Shown here one piece after another: positions 29,071 through 38,077 of a stretch of DNA of 64,000 bases; within the stretch, counting starts at the first letter, position 1, and the number at the start of each line of letters is the position of its first letter. Origin of the DNA: a virus. The notes under the pieces were generated by a model. It worked only from the letters and a program-made list of their open reading frames with translations, was not told the DNA's origin and did not search any database. A program made the translations under genes and the position numbers. The stretch is from IMG/VR virus record IMGVR_UViG_3300030422_000020; one strand, given 5' to 3'.

Positions 29071-29874
29071 CTAATCAGTAGTTTCTACATTATATTTCAT
29101 CATTGCTTCATAACATCCACTAGTGATATTACCATCATCAAATTCTTTTTGAGCAACTTGTTTGATGACGTTTTCTTTATACTCTTTATATGCTTCAAAT
29201 GCTTCATTTATAGTACTGAAATAACCACTAGGTCTACTAATATCTTCATGACCATTTCTATAATTTACAACATATTTATTTTTATTGGTTTTACTAACTC
29301 CTATTGGTAGTCCATTTCTAGACTTGTTGTTTTTAATAAATAAATTATTTACATGCATAGGGACAAGACAACATGTGTATGGACTATATATTTTATTACC
29401 TTTTTTAAGTATGTCTTTATCTAAGCACCATTTTTTATTATTCAACCATTTATCAAAATTATCTTGTTCATGTAACCACTCATAGAAATTTTCAAACAAC
29501 AACCACTCTTTACAACACGTAACATCCTTATATGTTGAAAAAATTTTTTTGTATTTTTTGTCAAAACATCTTCTTAGCATGTCATACCATGCTAAATATT
29601 CTTTCGTTGTTTCATTGCCGTACCTTGTTTTGTATTTACTTCCAGTTGCCGCAACGCCATAGATTTTTGGATGATATGGATTTCTAACGCTGCCATTTTT
29701 AAAACTTTTATAATCAGTATGTACTAAATAATGATATTCATCCTGAAATTCTACAATCAAATCATTATTACCGTTATACTCAATTATCTTCATAAGACAA
29801 CCACTTTTATTACAACGTTCTTCTCCAATTCTATCGTCATGTAAATTTACATTTTGAACGCTTTTTATTCCCAT
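29071..29874 (-). CDS. AP2-like DNA-binding domain protein, possible homing-endonuclease-like insertion
   Basis: C-terminal LPIGVSKTNKNKYVVNYRNGHEDISRPSGYFSTINEAFEAYKEYK resembles the AP2 domain of HNH-AP2 homing endonucleases. Located between primase and helicase. Confidence 0.35.
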   Translation of the reverse strand: MGIKSVQNVNLHDDRIGEERCNKSGCLMKIIEYNGNNDLIVEFQDEYHYLVHTDYKSFKNGSVRNPYHPKIYGVAATGSKYKTRYGNETTKEYLAWYDMLRRCFDKKYKKIFSTYKDVTCCKEWLLFENFYEWLHEQDNFDKWLNNKKWCLDKDILKKGNKIYSPYTCCLVPMHVNNLFIKNNKSRNGLPIGVSKTNKNKYVVNYRNGHEDISRPSGYFSTINEAFEAYKEYKENVIKQVAQKEFDDGNITSGCYEAMMKYNVETTD

Positions 29875-29886
29875 TATCTAATCCTA

Positions 29887-31374
29887 TTAGTAGTCTACTG
29901 CCACCGTTGCGTATCCAATATCCTCATATCTATTAATTGAAAAGTCTGCTTCGCTGACAATCTGAATATCACTTTGTCCAAAACGATTCTTGCTTAAGAA
30001 GGTAATCATATAATGTTCACCTTTCTCAAGTTTAAAAGGAATAGTTGTGGCCTTATTCTCAGTTGGTTTTTTCCAACAATATAGTTCTTCCTTTTCACCT
30101 TCAAACTCAGATGGTAGCGGTCTTCTAAAGAACATATTGACACTGAATACGTCAAGAATACCCTTTGACACACCAATGTCTGCATTGGTAAGGTATTTGC
30201 TTTTGTTTTTTACAAGCTGATATGTAATAATCATACATGTATCGGTGTGCTTAATACAATCATAAAAATCAACACAATCGGTCATTAACGATTTCCACGA
30301 TTCCTTATTGCGAGAATCGTAGCTCTCTTTCAATGTATCGAGAACTATAACATCAATGCCCATCCTTGTATATTTCTTAATAAGTTTGATTACTGTCCTT
30401 GCGGTATATTGCTCAAGAGGAACGATCGTAATGTTGTGGTTGTCTTTTTGACTTTCAAACCACTCAGACGCTTTATAAAGAGCTTCTTTTGTATCTTTAT
30501 CAAAACCGCCGTCACGAAGAACGCGCTTTTGTACTGGATGTTTTAATACATTTGTGCAGTACCATACAAGTGCTTCTTTCTTAAATTTATTTTGATCTTC
30601 CTCATTAATAATAAAAAGAGCTTTAAGGTTATGCTTTACCATAGACGGGAAAATATAATTAATACTTAAAGTACTCTTGCCAACGCCCGATGAAGCGCCC
30701 ATTCCAATAATGTTTCCACCAAGCATACCGCCAGTTTCATTGTTAAGAATTGAACAATTAGCAAATGGAATGCCAACGTTCATGCCTTCATCGAGTTCAT
30801 CAACAAGCTCTCGCATACCTTCAAAGCCATTATACGACTTAACATTATTATCAATATTAGCAAAGATATCATTGAGATATACAGTGTACTCGGCGTAAAT
30901 TTCATCGGCGGACATGTCGCATAGCTCACTAATACGTTTTTTATCACAAGGAAATCCACGCTTAATAAGTTTGATTACAACGTTCCATTTTCTGAGGTCA
31001 GTTACATAACCGTCAAAATTTTCAATATCAATGTACGCACCAGAATCTTCAATTGTCTGATAGCCACCATATTCATCATATTTTTTAGCAAGCTTAGGAT
31101 GCTTCTCAAGATAAAGACCAATTGTAACGTCTGTTAAAACAGTCTTTTTCTCATTGATAACCAAATCACGTGCAATCTCAAAATATACACGCGATGCATT
31201 ATTGTGAAATTCATTTAATTCTAGATTTGTTTGCGTTAGCAAATCTGGTTTCTTATAAAGCATCGACACAATAGATGCTTCTGCTCCAAGTTTATAATCT
31301 AGAACTTGCTCAGCCGCCTTCTTTTGCTGCTGCTCAAATGGAGTTAATTTAGTATTCTTTTCTGCCATACACAT
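29887..31374 (-). CDS. dnaB: replicative DNA helicase (DnaB-like)
   Basis: DnaB-type N-domain (AEQVLDYKLGAEASIVSMLY), Walker A GMGASSGVGKSTL, and an SF4 RecA-like C-domain. Confidence 0.8.
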   Translation of the reverse strand: MCMAEKNTKLTPFEQQQKKAAEQVLDYKLGAEASIVSMLYKKPDLLTQTNLELNEFHNNASRVYFEIARDLVINEKKTVLTDVTIGLYLEKHPKLAKKYDEYGGYQTIEDSGAYIDIENFDGYVTDLRKWNVVIKLIKRGFPCDKKRISELCDMSADEIYAEYTVYLNDIFANIDNNVKSYNGFEGMRELVDELDEGMNVGIPFANCSILNNETGGMLGGNIIGMGASSGVGKSTLSINYIFPSMVKHNLKALFIINEEDQNKFKKEALVWYCTNVLKHPVQKRVLRDGGFDKDTKEALYKASEWFESQKDNHNITIVPLEQYTARTVIKLIKKYTRMGIDVIVLDTLKESYDSRNKESWKSLMTDCVDFYDCIKHTDTCMIITYQLVKNKSKYLTNADIGVSKGILDVFSVNMFFRRPLPSEFEGEKEELYCWKKPTENKATTIPFKLEKGEHYMITFLSKNRFGQSDIQIVSEADFSINRYEDIGYATVAVDY

Positions 31375-31384
31375 ATCACCTTTA

Positions 31385-31855
31385 TTACCACAAATCAGAA
31401 AACTTATCTGCCTTTACAGTTTGTTTCTTAGGTTTATATTGTGCCTCTTTATATACTGATTCAACAGCAGAAGTTCTAATTGCTTCTTCTTTTGCTTTCT
31501 CTACATTTTTCATACGGATATATACCGTATTGATATTGTTCTCTACAATTCTCATAACATAGTTAAACTTTGCAGACTCATCTTTAAATGCAATGCGTTC
31601 AACTGCACGCCCAATATCAGGCATTGAATATTTAAATGTGTTTAAAATAACCTTGTAAGAATAGTGGGCTTTATCTTTAATCTTTTTATTTGCCACTGCT
31701 TTACCGTCAACAAGACCCTTTAAACGCAATACAATGTATGGTGTCAATGATTGGTTCTTATCGTAGCCCATTACTTTTGAACGCACATACTCATAAAGCT
31801 CGTCCCAATCTGCAAGCTCTTGCTCTGTCATTTTTTTCTTAGATGTCTTAGCCAC
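31385..31855 (-). CDS. hypothetical protein (156 aa)
   Basis: ORF between the helicase and downstream genes. Confidence 0.4.
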   Translation of the reverse strand: MAKTSKKKMTEQELADWDELYEYVRSKVMGYDKNQSLTPYIVLRLKGLVDGKAVANKKIKDKAHYSYKVILNTFKYSMPDIGRAVERIAFKDESAKFNYVMRIVENNINTVYIRMKNVEKAKEEAIRTSAVESVYKEAQYKPKKQTVKADKFSDLW

Positions 31856-31919
31856 GGCGGAACCTCCTTATACAAAACTGCCCACGACTGTTATGTCATG
31901 GGCAGAACATTCAAGTCAA

Positions 31920-32348
31920 TTAATTATCTAGCAAACTCAAGTCGATATACTTGTCTTTCCAATAAACAAAGTCTTTCCACTTTACATGCGGAATATTTTC
32001 GCCAGACCAGTTTGCAAAGCTCTGCCACTCTTTGTTGCTCTCATTATAAGTTAGGCCAATACAAAACCCAAATGTACCAACTCGAATATTTGGGAAAATC
32101 TTTGCAATCTCATCAGTTTCCTGAAAGCTGCTCAGCTTGCCACAAATAGGACAATAACTTACATAAGTATCACGCCATTTGCCAGCCACCTTATCATAAG
32201 ACTGAATAATTATATTCTTATATTCATGTTTATGATTAGACTTCTTAGGCTTCTGCTTCTTCGTTTTCTTTAGCGGCTCATTGGCAGCATCATCTGAAAT
32301 ATACTCATACTTGTTTTTCAGGAACTCTTGCTTAAAATCAGAAGACAT
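31920..32348 (-). CDS. zinc-finger protein (142 aa)
   Basis: CPICGK motif. Confidence 0.35.
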   Translation of the reverse strand: MSSDFKQEFLKNKYEYISDDAANEPLKKTKKQKPKKSNHKHEYKNIIIQSYDKVAGKWRDTYVSYCPICGKLSSFQETDEIAKIFPNIRVGTFGFCIGLTYNESNKEWQSFANWSGENIPHVKWKDFVYWKDKYIDLSLLDN

Positions 32349-32388
32349 ATAAACTCCTTTCGCTGAAGGAATATTCTATAAAGATATA

Positions 32389-32586
32389 CTAGGAAAGAAC
32401 AATGCCGTTCTTAGCCTTGTTAATCTTACGGCGTAGCTTGCGCATGATGCCGACATTCTCGGAGTTCTTGCCCTTACGGTTAAGTAGCATCTGATAGCGC
32501 TGCTCCATGACCTCAATAGACTGTGCCATAATCAAACCTTTCTTTAGTACGTACAACCATGCTGCATTTTTTATATCATGTAGCAT
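32389..32586 (-). CDS. small basic protein (65 aa)
   Basis: Lys/Arg-rich. Confidence 0.3.
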   Translation of the reverse strand: MLHDIKNAAWLYVLKKGLIMAQSIEVMEQRYQMLLNRKGKNSENVGIMRKLRRKINKAKNGIVLS

Positions 32587-32606
32587 GGTTGTACATTATA
32601 TCAGAA

Positions 32607-33764
32607 TTACTCAGAGATTAGAGCGAGAATCTTGTTTGCGTCCTCGACATTATCAATAGACTTGGGGTTATCATATCCAAGATTCTTGACAGCTGTAAGG
32701 ACTGGCTTAATCTTTGCAATGTCAGACTTGTTCTCGGTAAAGAAATCAACAATCTGAAAGACTACATCATCCACAGCAGCCTGAGACTTAGCCTGCTCTT
32801 CCTGCTCGGCAACGCGCTTCTCAAGCTCCTTCTCCTGCTTAGCCTGCTTCTTCTTGGCTGTATCAAATGACACGCCAGACTTAGATTGTTCAGACTTAAT
32901 TGCGTCTGTAAGAGCCTGAATAAATGCGTCTGCATTCATATCAATCTCTGGAATGATATTGGCGAAACGAGAACCAGAATCGACAGCGTAGTTATCGTCA
33001 CGGAACTTAATCTTGCGAGACTCCGATGCGACCTTGTTGACAACCTCGTCCTTCTTAGTCACAGCATTCTTACGACCAGTCTTCTCCTTGATAACATCAC
33101 GGTCAATATATGCTAGACCAAGGAAGTGCAGGTTCTTCTTGAGCGCGTTAAAATAATTCTGCTGCTGATCTGAAGTAAGAATCTGATAAGACTCACCAGA
33201 GACTACATCAGAAATCTCTTTCGTCTTAACATGCCCGATGATAATAGAAGCAACTCCAACATTACGAAGTCGAGCCATCATATCAAACATAATCTCAATG
33301 GCCTTTTTCTCACCGCGACCATAGCCAGACCACGCCTGATTAATGCTCTTTACACACTTCTCGGCATGTCCGCTATTGCGGCACTCCTTGTTCCACATAT
33401 CGATTGACTTCTGTTCCGCAATGTCAATCAGGTGGTCATATGTATCGAAAATTACCGCCTTAAGATTGGGATACTCGCTAGTCTTATTCTCGATAATATC
33501 CTCACAAACATCAGCTAGACCAGCGCTGTTTGTAAGCTCATCATAATCCATATCCCACTCAGGACAGTTAATATAGTTAATTCCCTGAATGGCATCGGCT
33601 CCTCGCTCAGTGCCACACTCTAGGAACAGATAGCCGTCATCGCCTGCAAGCTTCTCACAAACCTCTTTCATAAGGGTAGTCTTACCAACTTTAGACTCGC
33701 CAAGAAGACAAATGTTATATGCAAGAGGATCTAAACGCACATTATTTTTCTTACCAAATGCCAT
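32607..33764 (-). CDS. AAA_24/Sak4-like recombination-replication ATPase with coiled-coil C-terminal extension
   Basis: Walker A LLGESKVGKTTL, Walker B AVIFDTYDHL. The C-terminal region is KKQAKQEKELEKRVAEQEEQAK. Confidence 0.5.
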   Translation of the reverse strand: MAFGKKNNVRLDPLAYNICLLGESKVGKTTLMKEVCEKLAGDDGYLFLECGTERGADAIQGINYINCPEWDMDYDELTNSAGLADVCEDIIENKTSEYPNLKAVIFDTYDHLIDIAEQKSIDMWNKECRNSGHAEKCVKSINQAWSGYGRGEKKAIEIMFDMMARLRNVGVASIIIGHVKTKEISDVVSGESYQILTSDQQQNYFNALKKNLHFLGLAYIDRDVIKEKTGRKNAVTKKDEVVNKVASESRKIKFRDDNYAVDSGSRFANIIPEIDMNADAFIQALTDAIKSEQSKSGVSFDTAKKKQAKQEKELEKRVAEQEEQAKSQAAVDDVVFQIVDFFTENKSDIAKIKPVLTAVKNLGYDNPKSIDNVEDANKILALISE

Positions 33765-33850
33765 ATGTATTCACCTTTCTAAGATGTTAATTGAGAATGA
33801 GCGGGAGAGTTCAAACTTATCTCTCCCGCATATAACATTAATAATATGTA

Positions 33851-35002
33851 TTACTCAAGAGCGTCAAGCCAAGACATATCCGAGTCATCCGAAGACTTCT
33901 CATCGGTATCAAATGGTGCATCCTCGTCATCACCAACGTTGACTACAAGCTCATCCTCTTCATACTTATCATCGAAGATTTGGACAACGGGAGTCTTCTC
34001 ATCGCCAACAAGCTTAATCACTGGCTTCTGAAGAATCATACGGCGCTCACGAGAACCGCTTGCACTGCACTTGGCAAGTGCTTCCTCCTCAGAATAAAGA
34101 CCCATATCAATCAGTTCCTTGACATCATCGGGAACATCATCCATCGTTGCGGTAACGGTAGCGCCACCCTCAACGAAGATACCGTCAAACGTCACCTGAC
34201 GGACATTCTTCTTAACTTTGAAGAGCTTGTCATAAACCTTCTTGCAAAGCTCTGGCTTAGTGAAATCCATTGGGAACTCGAACTGCTCTGTGAACGGATA
34301 CTGACCATTAATCTCAGTACCGTTAAGCTCACTCACATAATCAAGAACACGAGCGTTCACATACATAACGCCCTTGTCCTTGTCAACATCCTTAAGGCTT
34401 GCAGAATCCCTATCAAGAAGAACGGACTGGGTGAATCGAGCATAATACTTAGAAGGCTCATCAGCGCTGCTTAGGACAATGCTCTGGATAGTCTTACGAA
34501 CCTGAACGGTATCGTTGTATGCGCTATACTGCAAACGACCCTTGACATTTACAACCATGCCGTCCTCAAGATGCTCCTGAGCATAGGCAATGGCATCATA
34601 CTCACTAAGGAAGTTCTTATAATAAGTCTTTCCATTCGTGGTCTTCTCAAGACCGACAACGATGAATGAAAGGTCGCCGACCTCATCTAGAATCGTATCG
34701 TCAAAGCGGTCTTCCCAAGCAACGGTCATCTGCTTAGAGAAATCATCATTACCGTTATCGTCCTTGCCGTGGGCATAGATAATGTTCTCGCGGTCTGGGG
34801 AATATCCGCCAAACATCTCAGCGCGTACAGTACCATACTTCTCACCGCAGTCAATGTTAAGGCTCATAGAATTATAAACCCAAGAACTACGCTCACTCTG
34901 CTTGTCGATAGTAAAGGTATAATCATTTACCTTTACAGCGCCAACTAGAACAAAGTTTGACTTCCAGTCAGTCTTCTTAATGCCACTCTTCTCATTTGCC
35001 AT
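33851..35002 (-). CDS. single-stranded DNA-binding protein-like (OB fold with acidic C-terminal tail)
   Basis: N-terminus WKSNFVLVGAVKVND. The C-terminal tail DDEDAPFDTDEKSSDDSDMSWLDALE is SSB-like and acidic. Confidence 0.45.
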   Translation of the reverse strand: MANEKSGIKKTDWKSNFVLVGAVKVNDYTFTIDKQSERSSWVYNSMSLNIDCGEKYGTVRAEMFGGYSPDRENIIYAHGKDDNGNDDFSKQMTVAWEDRFDDTILDEVGDLSFIVVGLEKTTNGKTYYKNFLSEYDAIAYAQEHLEDGMVVNVKGRLQYSAYNDTVQVRKTIQSIVLSSADEPSKYYARFTQSVLLDRDSASLKDVDKDKGVMYVNARVLDYVSELNGTEINGQYPFTEQFEFPMDFTKPELCKKVYDKLFKVKKNVRQVTFDGIFVEGGATVTATMDDVPDDVKELIDMGLYSEEEALAKCSASGSRERRMILQKPVIKLVGDEKTPVVQIFDDKYEEDELVVNVGDDEDAPFDTDEKSSDDSDMSWLDALE

Positions 35003-35126
35003 CTAAGATACCTCCGTATATTTATTAAGGCATATAACATTAGTTATTATATCATAAGTACAAACTAATCTAGCAGATAATCTAAAAAATTTTTACATTA
35101 GTCTACATTAGTTTTACATTAGTTTA

Positions 35127-35606
35127 TTACGCCATCAAATGCTGACATGCAACATAATCGATAAGCTCGTCAAATGTATCGCACATGCGCGTTGTACATT
35201 CAACCAGCCAAGGATGCAACTCAACGTTATCCTCGTTCAATCCAGCAACGGGAATACGATTCTCCTTGGCGATAGCGAGTTCCATAGCTGTGCCGATTGA
35301 CTCAGGCGCGTTAAAGTTCACAATAACCAAGTCAGACTTGCGAACATTATAAGTCTCAAGCTCAAATACCTCGCGCTCACTCTTATGAATTTCATCATCT
35401 ACAGTGTAGTGCATCAGTGGATTGAAGAACATAGGCATATAATCATACCCATAAAAATTAATGCTCTCAAGAATCTTATTGCGCACATCCTTGCGCCACT
35501 GCCACTGCTCATCGCGGCTTAAATTACTTATGCCACCTGCAAGATAAAGCAACTTACTTTCCATTGACACCATCCTTAATAACCTTAAACATATCGGCGA
35601 TATCAT
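35127..35606 (-). CDS. nucleoside 2-deoxyribosyltransferase-like / LOG-like Rossmann protein
   Basis: KLLYLAGGI and ESIGTAMELAIAKENRIPV match the N-deoxyribosyltransferase family pattern. Confidence 0.4.
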   Translation of the reverse strand: MISPICLRLLRMVSMESKLLYLAGGISNLSRDEQWQWRKDVRNKILESINFYGYDYMPMFFNPLMHYTVDDEIHKSEREVFELETYNVRKSDLVIVNFNAPESIGTAMELAIAKENRIPVAGLNEDNVELHPWLVECTTRMCDTFDELIDYVACQHLMA

Positions 35607-36459
35607 TCATCAAATCATAGCGCTCGGTAGAAACAGAACTCTTGGCAAACTGTCGATTGACTGCATCTACATACATAGTAAATGACCCATCGTCTCCCAT
35701 ATAAAAACTGGCGTAGTCTTTCTCGCTCATAAGACGCTTAGGCTCAAGCTGCTTAATTGCAAGGTTGTCAAAGCTAATGCACTTGAACCAACCATCGTTC
35801 ACAATCTTGGGTAGCATATCATAGAACTGGTATTTTAGAGAATCAATTTCTCTACCGCACTCATCATACAGAGCCTTGCCACGTCTAAACTCCTTGTATC
35901 CAAGGACGAGAATCTTCAAATCGTTATGGGCAAGCGCTTCTAGACTGTCCATATGTACGATGCCATTGATAACATGGACAACGGCATTGGGGAACTGCTT
36001 GATTGCGTCAATGCAATTCTTATGGCGACCACCGATATATGAAATACCAAGACCATAGATTAGCTTCTTGTCCGTAAGCTCTTTCAGTAGGTCGATATTA
36101 TGCATAAAGTGTACTTGATTTACAGTCATGCTTGCGATAATCTTGCGCTCTTTAAGACCCTCAAGGAACTCAATCAAGTCTGGGTGTGTCAGAGGATTGC
36201 CGCCACCGATTGCAATTTCACTATATGGAAACATGGTTTCGATAAACGGAAGGTTGAGAATGTCGCCATGCTTCCCATCAGGCGTTGAATTCTCGTGGCA
36301 CATACCACATTCCATATTGCACATGTTAGTAATCTTAAGGTCGATTGACTCAGGCTTGATTGGGTTAAATGAGTCCTTGTCATTCCACCTTATTTTAGTT
36401 CCGTCTGAGAACATAGTACAGGTATAATCATTGTTCTTATAACTGCCAAGAATCTTCAT
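35554..36459 (-). CDS. radical SAM enzyme
   Basis: ITNMCNMECGMCHEN (CxxxCxxC) and IAIGGGNPLTHPD (GGE/NPL SAM-binding-type motif). Confidence 0.55.
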   Translation of the reverse strand: MKILGSYKNNDYTCTMFSDGTKIRWNDKDSFNPIKPESIDLKITNMCNMECGMCHENSTPDGKHGDILNLPFIETMFPYSEIAIGGGNPLTHPDLIEFLEGLKERKIIASMTVNQVHFMHNIDLLKELTDKKLIYGLGISYIGGRHKNCIDAIKQFPNAVVHVINGIVHMDSLEALAHNDLKILVLGYKEFRRGKALYDECGREIDSLKYQFYDMLPKIVNDGWFKCISFDNLAIKQLEPKRLMSEKDYASFYMGDDGSFTMYVDAVNRQFAKSSVSTERYDLMNDIADMFKVIKDGVNGK

Positions 36460-36467
36460 TACTTCTC

Positions 36468-37061
36468 CTAGCGATAGCCATATGCTCCGAATACAATCAT
36501 ATCATCACCAGACGGAGTTGTAAATGGTGTCTCATACTGCTCTAGTTCATCATTATATCTACACCAATCATCATATGTATAGATACCCAAGTCCCACAGT
36601 CTTGAATCTTCGCGCCTAGACTCAACCTCGTCATCATCGCTATGCTCTAGCATATCAACATCAACAGGAGTATACCACTGCTCATCTTTGTATTTCTCTT
36701 CATACTCCTGTGCGTACTTTTCGATAGCCTGCTTTACTGTTTCTTTATCATAGATTCCGCTTCCAACACCATCAGCAAAACAATGATTGAAAGAATAGCC
36801 ATATCCATCACCATCAACAAAATAATATTCGCCATTATGACTAGAAACCCATTTATTAAAATCGTCTTGTGTCATAATACATAGCGAATGTGTTGAGCTT
36901 GAATTAGTTTCGAACACACCAGCACGAATCTGAATCATTGTACAGCACCTAGTTTCCCTTATAGAAGTATTCGTACTTCTCTTCATCGTGATTTGGGTTT
37001 GGCTCTTCCCAGCTATTGTGCCAATCAGAATCCCACTTCCAGATAGTAGGCTCTGCGGCAT
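36468..37061 (-). CDS. hypothetical protein, tandem paralog A (true start probably the internal MIQIRAGVFETNSSSTHS, ~36938)
   Basis: N-terminal motif IQIR(A/N)GVFETNSSSTHS(L/I)CI is shared with 36949-37530. Confidence 0.4.
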   Translation of the reverse strand: MPQSLLSGSGILIGTIAGKSQTQITMKRSTNTSIRETRCCTMIQIRAGVFETNSSSTHSLCIMTQDDFNKWVSSHNGEYYFVDGDGYGYSFNHCFADGVGSGIYDKETVKQAIEKYAQEYEEKYKDEQWYTPVDVDMLEHSDDDEVESRREDSRLWDLGIYTYDDWCRYNDELEQYETPFTTPSGDDMIVFGAYGYR

Positions 37062-37530
37062 TGCACATCATGCCACCCTCGTCATTGTCATTGCCAGTAT
37101 ACACATGACTATCGCTAAAGAGATAGCGAATCAGCATATCGTCATTGTCAAGCACTGCATGTACGAACTCATATGTATCATATCCGTGGTCGATATAGCC
37201 AACATCAAGCTCGTCCCATTCATTTCCATCACCATAATCATAGTGAACTGTCTTGGGCTTTTCAAACGTATAGGTGATACCATGAGCATCGAGAATATCC
37301 TTTAGCTTATCGAGAAGCCCGTCTTTGCCACTACGGTCAAGCTCATAGATTGCCGTGTATAGATAATCCGCTACATCGGCATCTCCATTCTCCCAGCCAA
37401 ACTCTCCAAAATGAAAGTCAACATGGCAACCATCTGCATCAACAGGTTTCTTGGAGATACAAATGCTGTGCGTACTTGAGCTATTAGTCTCAAATACTCC
37501 ATTGCGAATCTGAATCATATCAATCACCAC
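36949..37530 (-). CDS. hypothetical protein, tandem paralog B
   Basis: N-terminus MVIDMIQIRNGVFETNSSSTHSICI. Acidic, Asp/Tyr/Trp-rich body. Confidence 0.4.
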   Translation of the reverse strand: MVIDMIQIRNGVFETNSSSTHSICISKKPVDADGCHVDFHFGEFGWENGDADVADYLYTAIYELDRSGKDGLLDKLKDILDAHGITYTFEKPKTVHYDYGDGNEWDELDVGYIDHGYDTYEFVHAVLDNDDMLIRYLFSDSHVYTGNDNDEGGMMCNAAEPTIWKWDSDWHNSWEEPNPNHDEEKYEYFYKGN

Positions 37531-37648
37531 TCATCCCAAATACCATAGTCTTCATTCCCATACCTACGAAGTTCATCTTCCTTGTGGGAAATCTTACAGC
37601 ACGTATATGATACCACAATTACCGCCACCATAACGATTGCAATTACTA

Positions 37649-38065
37649 TCATGCTGCACCCACCTCATTTTTCCAATCAAAATCATCAAATACATTGCCA
37701 ATGACCTCAATGATTAGATTAATGTCTTCGCCAAAGCTATAATACTTAGAATGCTCCCAGTCAAACATGAAATAAGAAGCACGCTCTTCGACATATGCAA
37801 TTTCGACAGTAATCGTATTGCCATCCTCATGTCCTTCTTCCATGTCAACTGTACAGATATCGCCTTCATATAGCTCGACACCATGTTTATCCACAATTCC
37901 TAGGCTTTTGTGGAATAAGTACCTATCTTCAGGCAATTCCTTCAATTTTTGCCATCCGAACACAGCGTTTCCGCAGGTCAGAAGCTTGTTTTCTCCGCAT
38001 GAAATTAGAATTTTATCGGGATCTGCCCATTCACGATTTTTTAGATCGAAAACCCTATATGACAT
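37649..38065 (-). CDS. YopX-like phage protein
   Basis: GIVDKHGVELYEGDIC matches the YopX family core (TGLKDKNGKEIYEGDIV). Confidence 0.45.
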   Translation of the reverse strand: MSYRVFDLKNREWADPDKILISCGENKLLTCGNAVFGWQKLKELPEDRYLFHKSLGIVDKHGVELYEGDICTVDMEEGHEDGNTITVEIAYVEERASYFMFDWEHSKYYSFGEDINLIIEVIGNVFDDFDWKNEVGAA

Positions 38066-38077
38066 ATAAAAACTCCT

